A program made the position numbers and the translations under genes. Positions 1 to 8,810 of a stretch of DNA of 42,305 nucleotides are shown here, piece by piece. The first letter of the stretch is position 1. Each line of letters opens with the position of its first letter. Under the pieces are notes generated by a model that was given only the letters and a program-made list of their open reading frames with translations, did not search any database and was not told the DNA's origin. Location of the stretch: the NCBI GenBank assembly GCA_043822785.1, contig JBDRBN010000058.1:1-42305 (forward strand). Reading direction: 5' to 3'. The DNA comes from Pseudomonadota bacterium. Lineage in GTDB: Bacteria > UBA10199 > 2-02-FULL-44-16 > JAAZCA01.

Positions 1-3
1 CAT
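1..3 (-). CDS. Start codon of a gene running off the left edge (product unknown)
   Basis: CAT at 1-3; the minus strand reads AAAGGAG-caaggtt-ATG, with an extended -10-like TGcTATAGT at 27-35. Confidence 0.45.
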
Positions 4-100
4 AACCTTGCTCCTTTCGGAAAAAAACTATAGCATATCATTAATATATTGAAGCATTGCTTTCCACTGCCCTCTCATATTTTTTTGTCAAAGAACTTTG

Positions 101-192
101 AACCCTCCCCTATTGCGACACAGTCTCTGTAAGGGGAGGGTTAGGGTGGGGTAGATCTACCTCCCCTAGCCCCTCCTTACAAAGTAGAGGGA
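101..192. repeat. Palindromic CCCTCCCC...GGGGAGGG-type intergenic element
   Basis: tgtaaggggagggttagggtggggtagat followed by ctacctcccctagcccctccttaca is an imperfect palindrome; a related copy lies at 19057-19156. Confidence 0.7.
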
Positions 193-198
193 CTGCAT

Positions 199-906
199 TT
201 ATATTTTCAACTGATCAACAAACCTAGTCAGCGCGCTAAGCTCTGTCAAGTAGCGCTCAAAATGCTCTAGTGCATCATCGCCGCGCGGCAGAAAAGATGC
301 ACCGCTTCTGATATCGATGACATCGAAAAAGATCTGGGGGTTCAAATCCACGCGCGTGCCAATCATCTCGACCAATGCTTTTGTATCGTTAGGAGGCTTT
401 TCTCCCAAAAGCCTCATGGTGCCGCGCATCGCAGCAACAAAGGTTGGAAACGAATCCACCATTATCTTTGCGATGTGTTTGGGCTTGTGACAGTTGGCAG
501 CATAGAACGACCTCAGATGAATGAGCTTGCCGCGAAGCTCGCTTTCGCATTCGTGCCTTAAATTGCGAAAATCGATTTGAACTCCTTGCAGTGGATCGCG
601 GCCCACGAGCACCTCATGTCTATCCTCCATGTCCAAAAACTCCATGGGAAACACATCAAGAGAGCGCTCTATATATTCGGGATAAAAGAATTGAGGGGCA
701 GGGTTGCCTGTTTTCATCCATTTTTTCAGCGTGCCATTTGCTTTTGAGAGCATAGCTGGCGAAACCTCAGAGAGCACGCAAAAGACATTATAGTCAGAGT
801 ATTTTTTAGAATAATCCCTGCCAGCAGCAGAACCATAGAGAACTACAGCCTTTAAATTCTCACCATAAATGCGTTCCAATTCATGTGCTAGTTCGTGAGG
901 TGTCAT
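199..906 (-). CDS. Nucleotidyltransferase-domain protein (TPM-associated)
   Basis: Pol-beta-type motif LYGSAA..D.....SDYN; SD AAAGGAG upstream; directly downstream of a TPM gene. Confidence 0.8.
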   Translation of the reverse strand: MTPHELAHELERIYGENLKAVVLYGSAAGRDYSKKYSDYNVFCVLSEVSPAMLSKANGTLKKWMKTGNPAPQFFYPEYIERSLDVFPMEFLDMEDRHEVLVGRDPLQGVQIDFRNLRHECESELRGKLIHLRSFYAANCHKPKHIAKIMVDSFPTFVAAMRGTMRLLGEKPPNDTKALVEMIGTRVDLNPQIFFDVIDIRSGASFLPRGDDALEHFERYLTELSALTRFVDQLKI

Positions 907-951
907 TGTTTTCTCCTTTAACGCTTACCCCTTACCGCTTATCCCTGAACT

Positions 952-1701
952 TTACCACCCTCGACTTGCTCCTCCACCTCCAGATAAGCCGCCGCCAAAT
1001 CCGCCAAAACCTCCGCTGAATCCGCGCCCACCTCCGCCACCACGACCCATGCCGCTTAAAAAGATGAGAAACAGCCATGGATGGCGGATGAAAAGATAGG
1101 CCATGACCAGGAATATAATGATCTTTGCGATAATGCCAAGGGGCCCGCTCTTTTTTTCTTTGATCATCGGAGCGAGCATCGCAGCGCCTGCGCCATACGC
1201 TGTGTCTGCATCAAAGCCAAGTCCTTCTTTTGCGGATATTACCTTAACGATGGTCATGGCGCCTGAGGCGATTCCAGAATCCATATCGCCAGTCTTGAAT
1301 CTGGGGATTACGGCTTCATCCATTATCCTTCCGGCTAGCGCATCGTTTATTGCGCCCTCGAGGCCATAGCCCACTTCGATGCGCATTTTGCGCTCGTTTG
1401 GCGCCACCAGAAAGAGCACGCCGTTGTCCTTTCCCTTTTTTCCGATGCCCCACTTCTTAAAGAGCGATACAGCAACGTTTTCAACCGGTTCTCCATCAAG
1501 GGATGGCACGGTGACCACTGCTATCTCGTTGGTCGTGGATTTTTCAAATGCGCTGAGCATGCCTTCGAGCTTGGATTTCGTGTCCGCAGAAAGCACGTTT
1601 GCAAAGTCATTTACAAAACCCTTTGGCGCAGGGATCGCCGCAAGCACAGCAGCCGGCAAAATTATTAAGACGGCAAGAAATGTAAGGAGTTTTCTACACA
1701 T
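952..1701 (-). CDS. TPM domain (YgcG-like) membrane protein
   Basis: Signal peptide, VNDFANVLS, WGIGKKGKDNGVLFLVA, RIEVGYGLEG, C-terminal TM and Gly-rich tail GGGGASRGW. Confidence 0.93.
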   Translation of the reverse strand: MCRKLLTFLAVLIILPAAVLAAIPAPKGFVNDFANVLSADTKSKLEGMLSAFEKSTTNEIAVVTVPSLDGEPVENVAVSLFKKWGIGKKGKDNGVLFLVAPNERKMRIEVGYGLEGAINDALAGRIMDEAVIPRFKTGDMDSGIASGAMTIVKVISAKEGLGFDADTAYGAGAAMLAPMIKEKKSGPLGIIAKIIIFLVMAYLFIRHPWLFLIFLSGMGRGGGGGRGFSGGFGGFGGGLSGGGGASRGW

Positions 1702-1761
1702 CGCGAACCGCTATATATCCATATGACCTTGGCCTTGTAAAGTCAGATGCCGGTCTCATGG

Positions 1762-1993
1762 GCATGTGCAAATTATTCTGCCCGCAGGCTTGCCAGAGTT
1801 TTTCTCGCGTCGGCTTCGGGGCCTGTCGCTGGGCTTTCCCCCAATTTCGGCATCGGCTGAGTCAGCATGGTGCTTATGGCAAGCCCTATCACAGCCTGCT
1901 GGCGAAATTGGGTCCCCCTACCCAGCACCACCCCAAGCCGACTAACGAAAACTACTTATGCAAGCAAGCCCGCCCTCTGAAAATTGTACATGC
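1762..1993. repeat. Long imperfect rod-like hairpin 1
   Basis: Nested complementary blocks gcatgt/acatgc, ggcttgc/gcaagcc, agtttt/aaaact, gtcggctt/aagccgac, gctggg/cccagc, cccaatttcg/cgaaattggg, ggctg/cagcc. Confidence 0.8.
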
Positions 1994-2014
1994 GAACAGT
2001 TTATGTTCACTGCT

Positions 2015-2268
2015 ATGCAGGATCGGGTGGGTCGATTTGCGATATCGCGGAGAGAGCCGATTTTGTTCGGCGAATGTTTGCCGGTCGTGCCATGCTAGAA
2101 GCCTTTATTGCACGACGCCGACGGATGTTTGAGCCGAGCACTCAAGAATTTTACTGTTAAACAATGTAGCTTGAGTGCTCGGCGAGTTCCGTCGGCGATG
2201 GCAAACTGAGACCGAAACAAAATCGTGCGAACGCAGCGTCTAGCAAATCGATCTACCCGATCCTGCAT
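2015..2268. repeat. Long imperfect rod-like hairpin 2
   Basis: atgcaggatcgggtgggtcgatttgc/gcaaatcgatctacccgatcctgcat, cgattttgtt/aacaaaatcg, gtttgcc/ggcaaac, cgccgacgga/tccgtcggcg, gccgagcactcaag/cttgagtgctcggc, side arm gtcgtgc/gcacgac. Confidence 0.85.
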
Positions 2269-2422
2269 GAAGGCGCTAGAACCAAAACCAATGCTCCTAG
2301 CTAATTTTTCTTTTGCTTGACGTCGTAAATGTTAATCATAGAGTTGGGGTCTTATGAAACATCTTAAGTTCATAATTGCGGTGGGCGAAACCAACCGTGA
2401 CTGGCACTTTTTGTTCATAGCT

Positions 2423-2612
2423 AATCTTATATAATCTTATATAGTTAAAAACATACGAAACCCGGAGGTGCTCAGGTCGATAAAAATATCATTATAAAAC
2501 ATATAGTTGCGCGATATATGAAATCGCTACGCAACAAATCCCCCTTTTATCAAGAGTCCGAGATGCAATCTGCGCTTGCGAATCTTATATAATCTTATAT
2601 AGTTAAAACATA
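2423..2612 (+). promoter_or_regulatory. Duplicated ~33-bp block with tandem AATCTTATAT; second copy forms a probable leaderless promoter of the Fic gene
   Basis: Copies at 2423-2455 and 2581-2612; TTGCGA (2576) - 16 bp - TATAGT (2598) - 8 nt - ATG 2612; no SD. Confidence 0.6.
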
Positions 2613-3679
2613 TGAAACAAGCCCATTATAAACGCCGATTAAATCAGCTTCCTAATAAACTCTGGTCTCTCATTGCTCAAATAGATGAATGCAAGGGACG
2701 ATGGATCTCTGGAGCGGAACTCAGCCCACAGGTCTTGGGACGCCTAAAAAGGTCGGTGCTCGTAACATCAACTGGCGCATCAACTCGCATCGAAGGTGCA
2801 AAGCTCTCTGACGCTGAGATCGAAAAGATGATGCGTGGAATAAGCATTCAGACATTTCAAGATCGGGATCATCAGGAGGTTCAAGGCTATTACGAGTTGT
2901 TGAACAACATTTTTTCCTCATGGAGGCGTCTTAAATTATCAGAGGGATCCATCAAACACTTTCACAGCGAATTGCTTAAATACGTAGACAAAGATAAGAT
3001 GCATCGCGGTGACTACAAGAAGCGTGAGAATAAGGTTCATATGATCGATGAAGCTGGGCAGTCGATCGGAGTACTATTTGATACTACTCCAGCATATCTC
3101 ACTCCTAAGGCTATGCAGGAATTGACTGAGTGGACGAATGAAGCATTATCGAATGAAGAATTTCATCCTCTTTTGATCATAGGCAACTTTCTTGTAGAAT
3201 TTCTAAACATCCATCCATTCCAAGATGGTAATGGCCGTCTTTCGCGTGTCTTAACGAATCTTCTCATGCTGAGGTCTGGTTATATTTATATGCCCTATGT
3301 TTCTCATGAAAAGTTGATCGAAGATAATAAGTCTGAATATTATGTAGCGCTTCGGAAGAGTCAGAAAATGATCAATACGAAGAGCGAGAATATCAAACCG
3401 TGGCTATATTTTTTTCTGACTGTTGTTCTTGAGCAGTCTAAACTAGCTGTGGCACTGCTCTCCGATGCGAATATAGAAAAATTGTTATCCAAGAAACAGT
3501 TGGCGATATGGGAATATTTACAGCAGATCGAGGAGGCAACACCAAAGGAAATTGCTGAACATGCAGGCGTTGCACGCCCCACAGTCAACCAGGTGATTGA
3601 TAAATTATTGCGTTTAAAAAAGATCGAGCGGATTGGATTGGGTAGGGGTACGAGGTATAGGATATTGCATAAAACATAA
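2612..3679 (+). CDS. Fic family protein with C-terminal HTH
   Basis: Catalytic motif HPFQDGNGRLSR; N-terminal inhibitory motif STRIEG; C-terminal winged HTH (TPKEIAEHAGVARPTVNQVIDKL...GRGTRY). Confidence 0.93.
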   Translation: MKQAHYKRRLNQLPNKLWSLIAQIDECKGRWISGAELSPQVLGRLKRSVLVTSTGASTRIEGAKLSDAEIEKMMRGISIQTFQDRDHQEVQGYYELLNNIFSSWRRLKLSEGSIKHFHSELLKYVDKDKMHRGDYKKRENKVHMIDEAGQSIGVLFDTTPAYLTPKAMQELTEWTNEALSNEEFHPLLIIGNFLVEFLNIHPFQDGNGRLSRVLTNLLMLRSGYIYMPYVSHEKLIEDNKSEYYVALRKSQKMINTKSENIKPWLYFFLTVVLEQSKLAVALLSDANIEKLLSKKQLAIWEYLQQIEEATPKEIAEHAGVARPTVNQVIDKLLRLKKIERIGLGRGTRYRILHKT

Positions 3680-3697
3680 CTATGGTATTGCGACACT

Positions 3698-4738
3698 ATG
3701 AAACTTCTTAAGATATCAATCGTCATAGGAATAGTTATAGGCATTGCTGTTTTGATCCTTGTGAGCAGGAGCAGGCGGCAGGAGGCTGTGTTCTATCCTA
3801 TGGGAGGGATACCGTTTAAGGTGGTGGCTTACGGCCGCAGCGCATCTGAGTTTCGCGATGACATGGAGGCTGTAAAGGCGCGCGTTGCTGCCCTTGAACA
3901 TGTGTTCAGCCGTTATGATGCATACAGCGAGCTTACAAAGATCAATCAGGCGGGAACGGTTGTGCCTATTGAGGTGAGTCCGGATCTATTTTCGATTTTA
4001 ATGAGCTCCGGCAAATGGCATGTCTTGAGCAAAGGTGCGTTTGATCCTTCTGTGACTCCGCTCATCGAGCTTTGGAAAAACGCTGAAAAAACAAAATCTC
4101 TTCCAACTGATGAAGAAGTGGCAAATGCCAGAAAGCGCGTCGGATTTAAATATATCTCATATACTGACGATGGCAGGGTGCTGTTTACAAAACAAGGCAT
4201 GGCTTTGGACTTTGGTGCTATTGCAAAAGGGTGGATTGCCGATGAAGTTGCAAAGCTTTTAAAGAAGAGGGGTGTCAAGAGGGCAATTATAGATGCAGGC
4301 GGCAATGCACTTACTTTCGGCGATGGCACCTTTACATTCGGCATCGCAGATCCCAGGTTTTCTGGGCGCAAAGAGCTTATGGGCACAGTCGATGTGTCAG
4401 AAGGCGGAGTAGTTACCTCTGGAAACTACGAGCGATTTGTAACCATAGACGGAAAGAGATATTCGCATATTATAGATCCCCGTACTGGTCGGCCGGTGAA
4501 TAACGGTTTGGTGGCAGCCACTGTGATAGGAGGCACGGGCACTGATGCTGATGCCTTGGCCACATCGATTATGGTTCTGGGTAAAGAGGGGGCTACCAAG
4601 CTCCTAAAACAGCTGCCTGAATGCAAGGCCCTGCTAGTAGAAAAAAAGGATGGCATTTGGCACGTATGGGCATCTTTCTCACTCCTTTCCCGGCTGCGCC
4701 TTTCCGGCATGTGGGCTGATAATGTGCACACCTTTTAG
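3698..4738 (+). CDS. apbE: FAD:protein FMN transferase
   Basis: GAFDPSV, LDFGAIAKG, DAGGN, TSGNYER, HIIDPRTG, ADALATS; N-terminal membrane anchor; immediately upstream of rnf. Confidence 0.95.
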   Translation: MKLLKISIVIGIVIGIAVLILVSRSRRQEAVFYPMGGIPFKVVAYGRSASEFRDDMEAVKARVAALEHVFSRYDAYSELTKINQAGTVVPIEVSPDLFSILMSSGKWHVLSKGAFDPSVTPLIELWKNAEKTKSLPTDEEVANARKRVGFKYISYTDDGRVLFTKQGMALDFGAIAKGWIADEVAKLLKKRGVKRAIIDAGGNALTFGDGTFTFGIADPRFSGRKELMGTVDVSEGGVVTSGNYERFVTIDGKRYSHIIDPRTGRPVNNGLVAATVIGGTGTDADALATSIMVLGKEGATKLLKQLPECKALLVEKKDGIWHVWASFSLLSRLRLSGMWADNVHTF

Positions 4739-4908
4739 GGGACGTTTTTCTTTACATAACTCGTTAATTTTAAAAAACTATTAATATAAAAAAGTGAGTT
4801 TTGGAACTTGTAATAAAAGCTGATTACCATATGAGAAGTTCCAAAAATGCGAATTTTTGTTTTATTCATATTACAATTCAAGTCGTTACAGGTGGAGAAA
4901 CGTCCCCT
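4737..4908. repeat. REP/MITE-like element with terminal inverted repeats
   Basis: aggggacgttt...aaacgtcccct termini, inner ttttggaactt/aagttccaaaa, AT-rich interior. Confidence 0.65.
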
Positions 4909-4961
4909 TGATATTTAGGTTGGCTCAAGTATAACAGTCGGACTTTGTTTTGGGGGCTTCA

Positions 4962-5636
4962 ATGAAGCGCGAATTCACCAAGGGGCTGTGGCGCGAAAAT
5001 CCGGTTTTGATCCTCATGCTGGGCTTGTGTCCTGCCCTTGCGGTTTCGGTTTCAGTAAAAAACGCTGTGGGCATGGGGCTTGCGGCCAGTTTTGTTCTCG
5101 TTGCGTCCAATACCATCATATCCCTTTTTGGCAGGTATTTTCCCCACAAGATCCGCATTCCCTGTTACATTGTGGTGATTGCCACCTTTGTTACCATGGT
5201 GGAGATGGTGATGGGCGCGTATCTTCCTGCGCTAAATGCGGCGCTGGGCATCTTCATCCCACTTATCGTGGTCAACTGCATTATATTGGGCAGGGCAGAG
5301 GCGTGTGCGTCACATCATTCTGTGCTGCCTTCGGTCTTAGATGGTTTGGGCATGGGTTTAGGCTTTGGACTGGCGCTGGGGATAGTGGCTTTTATTCGCG
5401 AGGTAACCGGCTCGGGCAAGTTTTGGGATATCACGATCGCGTCGTTTTATTCGCCTGAAGGCTCCATAGAACCGGCAGCGGTCATGGTGATGGCGCCAGG
5501 CGCATTCTTTGTTATCGCTTTCATAATGGGATTTTTGAATTGGCGGAAGCAGAGGCAGCTTGAGAAACAACAACGTGCTGTCTTGGTGTTATTGCGAGGA
5601 GCGTTAGGCGACGAAGCAATCTCAAACAAACAGTGA
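4962..5636 (+). CDS. rnfE: Rnf complex subunit E
   Basis: ENPVLILMLGLCPALAV, RIPCYIVVIATFVT, FIPLIVVNCIILGRAE, APGAF; ATG 4962 chosen as start. Confidence 0.95.
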   Translation: MKREFTKGLWRENPVLILMLGLCPALAVSVSVKNAVGMGLAASFVLVASNTIISLFGRYFPHKIRIPCYIVVIATFVTMVEMVMGAYLPALNAALGIFIPLIVVNCIILGRAEACASHHSVLPSVLDGLGMGLGFGLALGIVAFIREVTGSGKFWDITIASFYSPEGSIEPAAVMVMAPGAFFVIAFIMGFLNWRKQRQLEKQQRAVLVLLRGALGDEAISNKQ

Positions 5637-5672
5637 TCTGATGGGGATTGCTTCGCTTTGCTCGCAATGACA
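5587..5672. repeat. RPE-like palindromic element (GTCATTGCGAG...GAAGCAATC / GATTGCTTCG...CTCGCAATGAC), copy 1
   Basis: Five related copies in the window; this one overlaps the rnfE 3' end. Confidence 0.85.
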
Positions 5673-5721
5673 TCCAGCTAAATCAAGCAAACAGTAGTGA
5701 TGCTTGGAATTTAAGGGGTAT

Positions 5722-6378
5722 ATGATGCAATCGTATGCATTACTTTTCATATCGATCGTACTCGTAAACAATTTCATCCTGGCCAAGTTCTTGGGCCTGT
5801 GTCCGTTTATCGGTGTATCCAAGCGCAGGCAGCAGGCTGCGGGCATGGGTTTTGCCGTTATATTCGTGATGACCATGGCATCGGCAGTGTCGTGGGTTGT
5901 TTATCAATATCTGCTTGCGCCCACAGAGCATAACATCTTCTATATAATGATGGGCAATGGCAGGCCTGCCTCTGATTTTGATTTCACCTTTCTTCAGACC
6001 ATCGTGTTCATACTCGTCATCGCAACCTTAGTGCAGCTCGTTGAGATGTTTCTTATGAAAGTGATTCCTCCGCTTTATGAATCGCTGGGCATATATCTTC
6101 CTCTCATAACCACAAACTGTGCAGTGCTTGGAGTTGCGCTGCTAAATATCAAAGACTTTGGAATGCTTTCGAACGTTGGAGATAGTTTTCTTAGAACCAT
6201 ACTTCAAGGATTTGGCGGTGGAGTGGGATTTTTGCTGGTGATTTTTCTTATGAGCGGTGTGCGCGAGAGGCTTGATTATGCTGAGGTGCCAGATGCATTA
6301 AAGGGCGCGCCCATTGCGTTTATATGCGCAGGGCTCATGGCGCTTGCGTTTATGGGTTTTTCCGGAATGGGACAATAA
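5722..6378 (+). CDS. rnfA: Rnf complex subunit A
   Basis: LVNNFILAKFLGLCPFIGVS, LGIYLPLITTNCAVLG, LMALAFMGFSG. Confidence 0.96.
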   Translation: MMQSYALLFISIVLVNNFILAKFLGLCPFIGVSKRRQQAAGMGFAVIFVMTMASAVSWVVYQYLLAPTEHNIFYIMMGNGRPASDFDFTFLQTIVFILVIATLVQLVEMFLMKVIPPLYESLGIYLPLITTNCAVLGVALLNIKDFGMLSNVGDSFLRTILQGFGGGVGFLLVIFLMSGVRERLDYAEVPDALKGAPIAFICAGLMALAFMGFSGMGQ

Positions 6379-6380
6379 GG

Positions 6381-6470
6381 CAGTTACCAGTGACAAGTAA
6401 CCAGTGACCAGCAAAACACAGGAATTTATGGTTACTGTTACTGCTACTGGTCACTGGTTACTGATCACTG
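6381..6470. repeat. Inverted heptamer arrays (ACCAGTR)n...(YACTGRT)n
   Basis: cagttaccagtgacaagtaaccagtgaccag ... ctactggtcactggttactgatcactg. Confidence 0.8.
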
Positions 6471-6474
6471 AATT

Positions 6475-7305
6475 ATGTTGCCACCTATCATTATATTAGG
6501 CTTTCTCGGTATTCTTTTTGGCTTTGGGCTTTTTGTGGCCTCAAGGGTCTTTCGCGTACACATTGATCCGCGAGTAGGTCGCATAGAGCACGCACTGCCC
6601 GGTGCAAACTGCGGCGCATGTGGTTTTGCCGGCTGCGGCGGTTTTGCCAAGGCAATAGTCCACGGCTCAGCAGATATTGCTGGCTGTATACCAGGCGGCG
6701 CTGAGGTTTCACACCTGGTTGCAGACATCATGGGCCTTGAGGCAAAGGTGACTGATAAGAAGGTAGCAATGCTAAGGTGCCAGGGTAGGGATGTTGAAGA
6801 TCGTTATGAATATCAAGGTGTTACAACGTGTCAGGCAGCCAATCTCTTACACAGTGGACCAAAGGCCTGCTTGTTTGGATGCATTGGTTTTGGCGATTGC
6901 GCAATAGTTTGCCCGTTTGATGCGCTTCACATGGTGAATGGGTTTCCCGAGGTGGATGAAGCAAAGTGCACTGCATGCGGCAAGTGCGTTGGGGCATGTC
7001 CGAAGAATCTGTTTGAACTGATATCCCTTTCCAAACTCGTTCATGTGCGTTGCACATCAACGGACAAAGGCAAAGATGTGCGCAAGGTATGCAAGGTCGG
7101 ATGCATTGCATGCAAGAAATGCGAAACAGTGTGTAAGTTCGATGCGGTTCACATAGAAAAAAATCTTGCGATATTTGATTATGAGAAGTGCACATCATGC
7201 GGCATGTGCGTAAAGGAATGCCCGACAGGCACGATAATGAACTTTAGAAAATCCAGAAAAGAACTCGGCCTGTGGCCGGTAAAACCAGTGACCAGTAACC
7301 AGTGA
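6475..7305 (+). CDS. rnfB: Rnf complex subunit B
   Basis: N-terminal TM, LPGANCGACGFAGC FeS domain, several CxxCxxCxxxCP ferredoxin motifs. Confidence 0.96.
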   Translation: MLPPIIILGFLGILFGFGLFVASRVFRVHIDPRVGRIEHALPGANCGACGFAGCGGFAKAIVHGSADIAGCIPGGAEVSHLVADIMGLEAKVTDKKVAMLRCQGRDVEDRYEYQGVTTCQAANLLHSGPKACLFGCIGFGDCAIVCPFDALHMVNGFPEVDEAKCTACGKCVGACPKNLFELISLSKLVHVRCTSTDKGKDVRKVCKVGCIACKKCETVCKFDAVHIEKNLAIFDYEKCTSCGMCVKECPTGTIMNFRKSRKELGLWPVKPVTSNQ

Positions 7306-7396
7306 CTAGTGACCAGTAAAATACAGAGTGTTATGGTTGTTTCTACTGATCACTGGTCACTGATCACTGGTCACTGATCACTGGTTACTGATCACT
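7284..7396. repeat. Inverted heptamer arrays
   Basis: accagtgaccagtaaccagtgactagtgaccagt ... ctactgatcactggtcactgatcactggtcactgatcactggttactgatcact; the spacer resembles that at 6412-6440. Confidence 0.85.
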
Positions 7397-7403
7397 AAAT
7401 ATT

Positions 7404-8717
7404 ATGAAAACATTTAAAACAGGTGGCATACATCCTGATGAAATGAAGAGGCTTTCAAAGGATGCTCGCATCGAGCGCATTGAAACGCCTTTGCTCGTAG
7501 TGTTGCCTGTCATCCAGCATATAGGCGCGCCTGCCAAAACTTCGGTCAAAGAGGGCGAAAAAGTTTCTAAAGGGCAGGTAGTGGCCCAGGCCAACGGCTA
7601 TGTGTCTTCACCAGTGCACGCATCTGTTTCCGGCACAGTTGTGAAAATAGAAAAACAGACCACGGCGCTCGGCCAGTTGTGCGACCATATAATAATCGAA
7701 TCAGACAGCGAGCAGAAGTGGGCAGGGGGTTTGTGCGTAAGGCGCGATTGGAAGAACATGGGAGTAGACCACATAAGGGCACTCATACGCGATGCCGGTG
7801 TGGTTGGCCTTGGCGGCGCGGCCTTTCCTACGCACGTTAAACTGTCTCCTCCAGCTGATCGCCCCATAGATACGCTCATCATAAACGGCATAGAATGCGA
7901 ACCCTATCTCACTTGCGATTACAGGATCATGCTGGAGCGATCAAAGGGCATTGCCGAAGGCATACGCATTATCGCAAAGGTACTTGGAGTTTCGCGAACC
8001 ATAGTGGGGGTGGAGGCCAACAAGCGCGATGCGTTTGAAAAGATGCGCGATATGTTTTGGTCTGATAGCGATATCAAAACAGAGCTATTGAAAGTTAAAT
8101 ATCCCCAAGGCGCCGAGAAGCAGCTGATAGATGCGCTGGCAAACAGACAGGTGCCGCCCGGCAGGCTGCCGCTTGATGTGGGCGTTGTTGTGCAAAACAT
8201 TGCCACGGCCTTTGCGGTCTTTGAGGCAGTGGTTGAAAACAAGCCTTTGGTGGAGCGCGTGGTCACCGTCACAGGCGACGGCGTGGCAAGACCCGCAAAC
8301 CTCATGGTGCCGCTCGGCACTCCAATAAAGGATTTGCTCGCGCGGCAGGGGCTTGATGAGAAGACAAAGAAGGTCGTTCTTGGCGGTCCTATGATGGGGC
8401 TGGCTGTGCCTGCGCTTGATCTGCCGGTGGTCAAAGGCACATCGGGAATACTCGCTCTAAAAAAGATTCCCAACTTTATGCCCGGGCCTTGCATACGCTG
8501 CGGAAGATGCATAGAAGTATGCCCGCTTCGGGGCATGGCTGCAGATATGGTGGAGGCGATTGAAGCAGGCGAGGTAGAAAAATATGAGCACTTGCATGTG
8601 CTCGACTGCATGGAATGCGGCACATGCACGTTTGCGTGTCCTGCGCACAGGCCTATCGTGCACTATGTAAAAAAAGCAAAGGCGGAATATGCCGCCTGGA
8701 AGGCAAAAAAACAGTGA
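7404..8717 (+). CDS. rnfC: Rnf complex subunit C
   Basis: GGIHP, QHIGAPA, HASVSG, GLGGAAFPTHVKL, ECEPYLTCD, YPQGAEKQL, GGPMMG, two 4Fe-4S motifs. Confidence 0.97.
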   Translation: MKTFKTGGIHPDEMKRLSKDARIERIETPLLVVLPVIQHIGAPAKTSVKEGEKVSKGQVVAQANGYVSSPVHASVSGTVVKIEKQTTALGQLCDHIIIESDSEQKWAGGLCVRRDWKNMGVDHIRALIRDAGVVGLGGAAFPTHVKLSPPADRPIDTLIINGIECEPYLTCDYRIMLERSKGIAEGIRIIAKVLGVSRTIVGVEANKRDAFEKMRDMFWSDSDIKTELLKVKYPQGAEKQLIDALANRQVPPGRLPLDVGVVVQNIATAFAVFEAVVENKPLVERVVTVTGDGVARPANLMVPLGTPIKDLLARQGLDEKTKKVVLGGPMMGLAVPALDLPVVKGTSGILALKKIPNFMPGPCIRCGRCIEVCPLRGMAADMVEAIEAGEVEKYEHLHVLDCMECGTCTFACPAHRPIVHYVKKAKAEYAAWKAKKQ

Positions 8718-8742
8718 CCAGTGATCAGTAACCAGTGACCAG
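8711..8742. repeat. Heptamer array (one arm)
   Basis: acagtgaccagtgatcagtaaccagtgaccag. Confidence 0.75.
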
Positions 8743-8810
8743 GACGAGATGCAAAAGCGGGCAAGGGCACGGGCAGGGAAATGCTATTCATGAAATGAAA
8801 GATATGCGTT

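Noticed and set aside
1758..2132. 124-aa ORF across the long hairpins
   Set aside because: No SD or recognisable motif; the region is explained by palindromic structure.
2345..2545. Possible tmRNA, tRNA-like or hammerhead RNA (GGGG...CCCC ends, CGAAAC)
   Set aside because: No T-loop or CCA end, tag ORF, or CUGAnGA core.
6381..7396. CRISPR-like appearance of the repeat arrays
   Set aside because: Units are degenerate 7-mers without unique spacers, and no cas genes are present.
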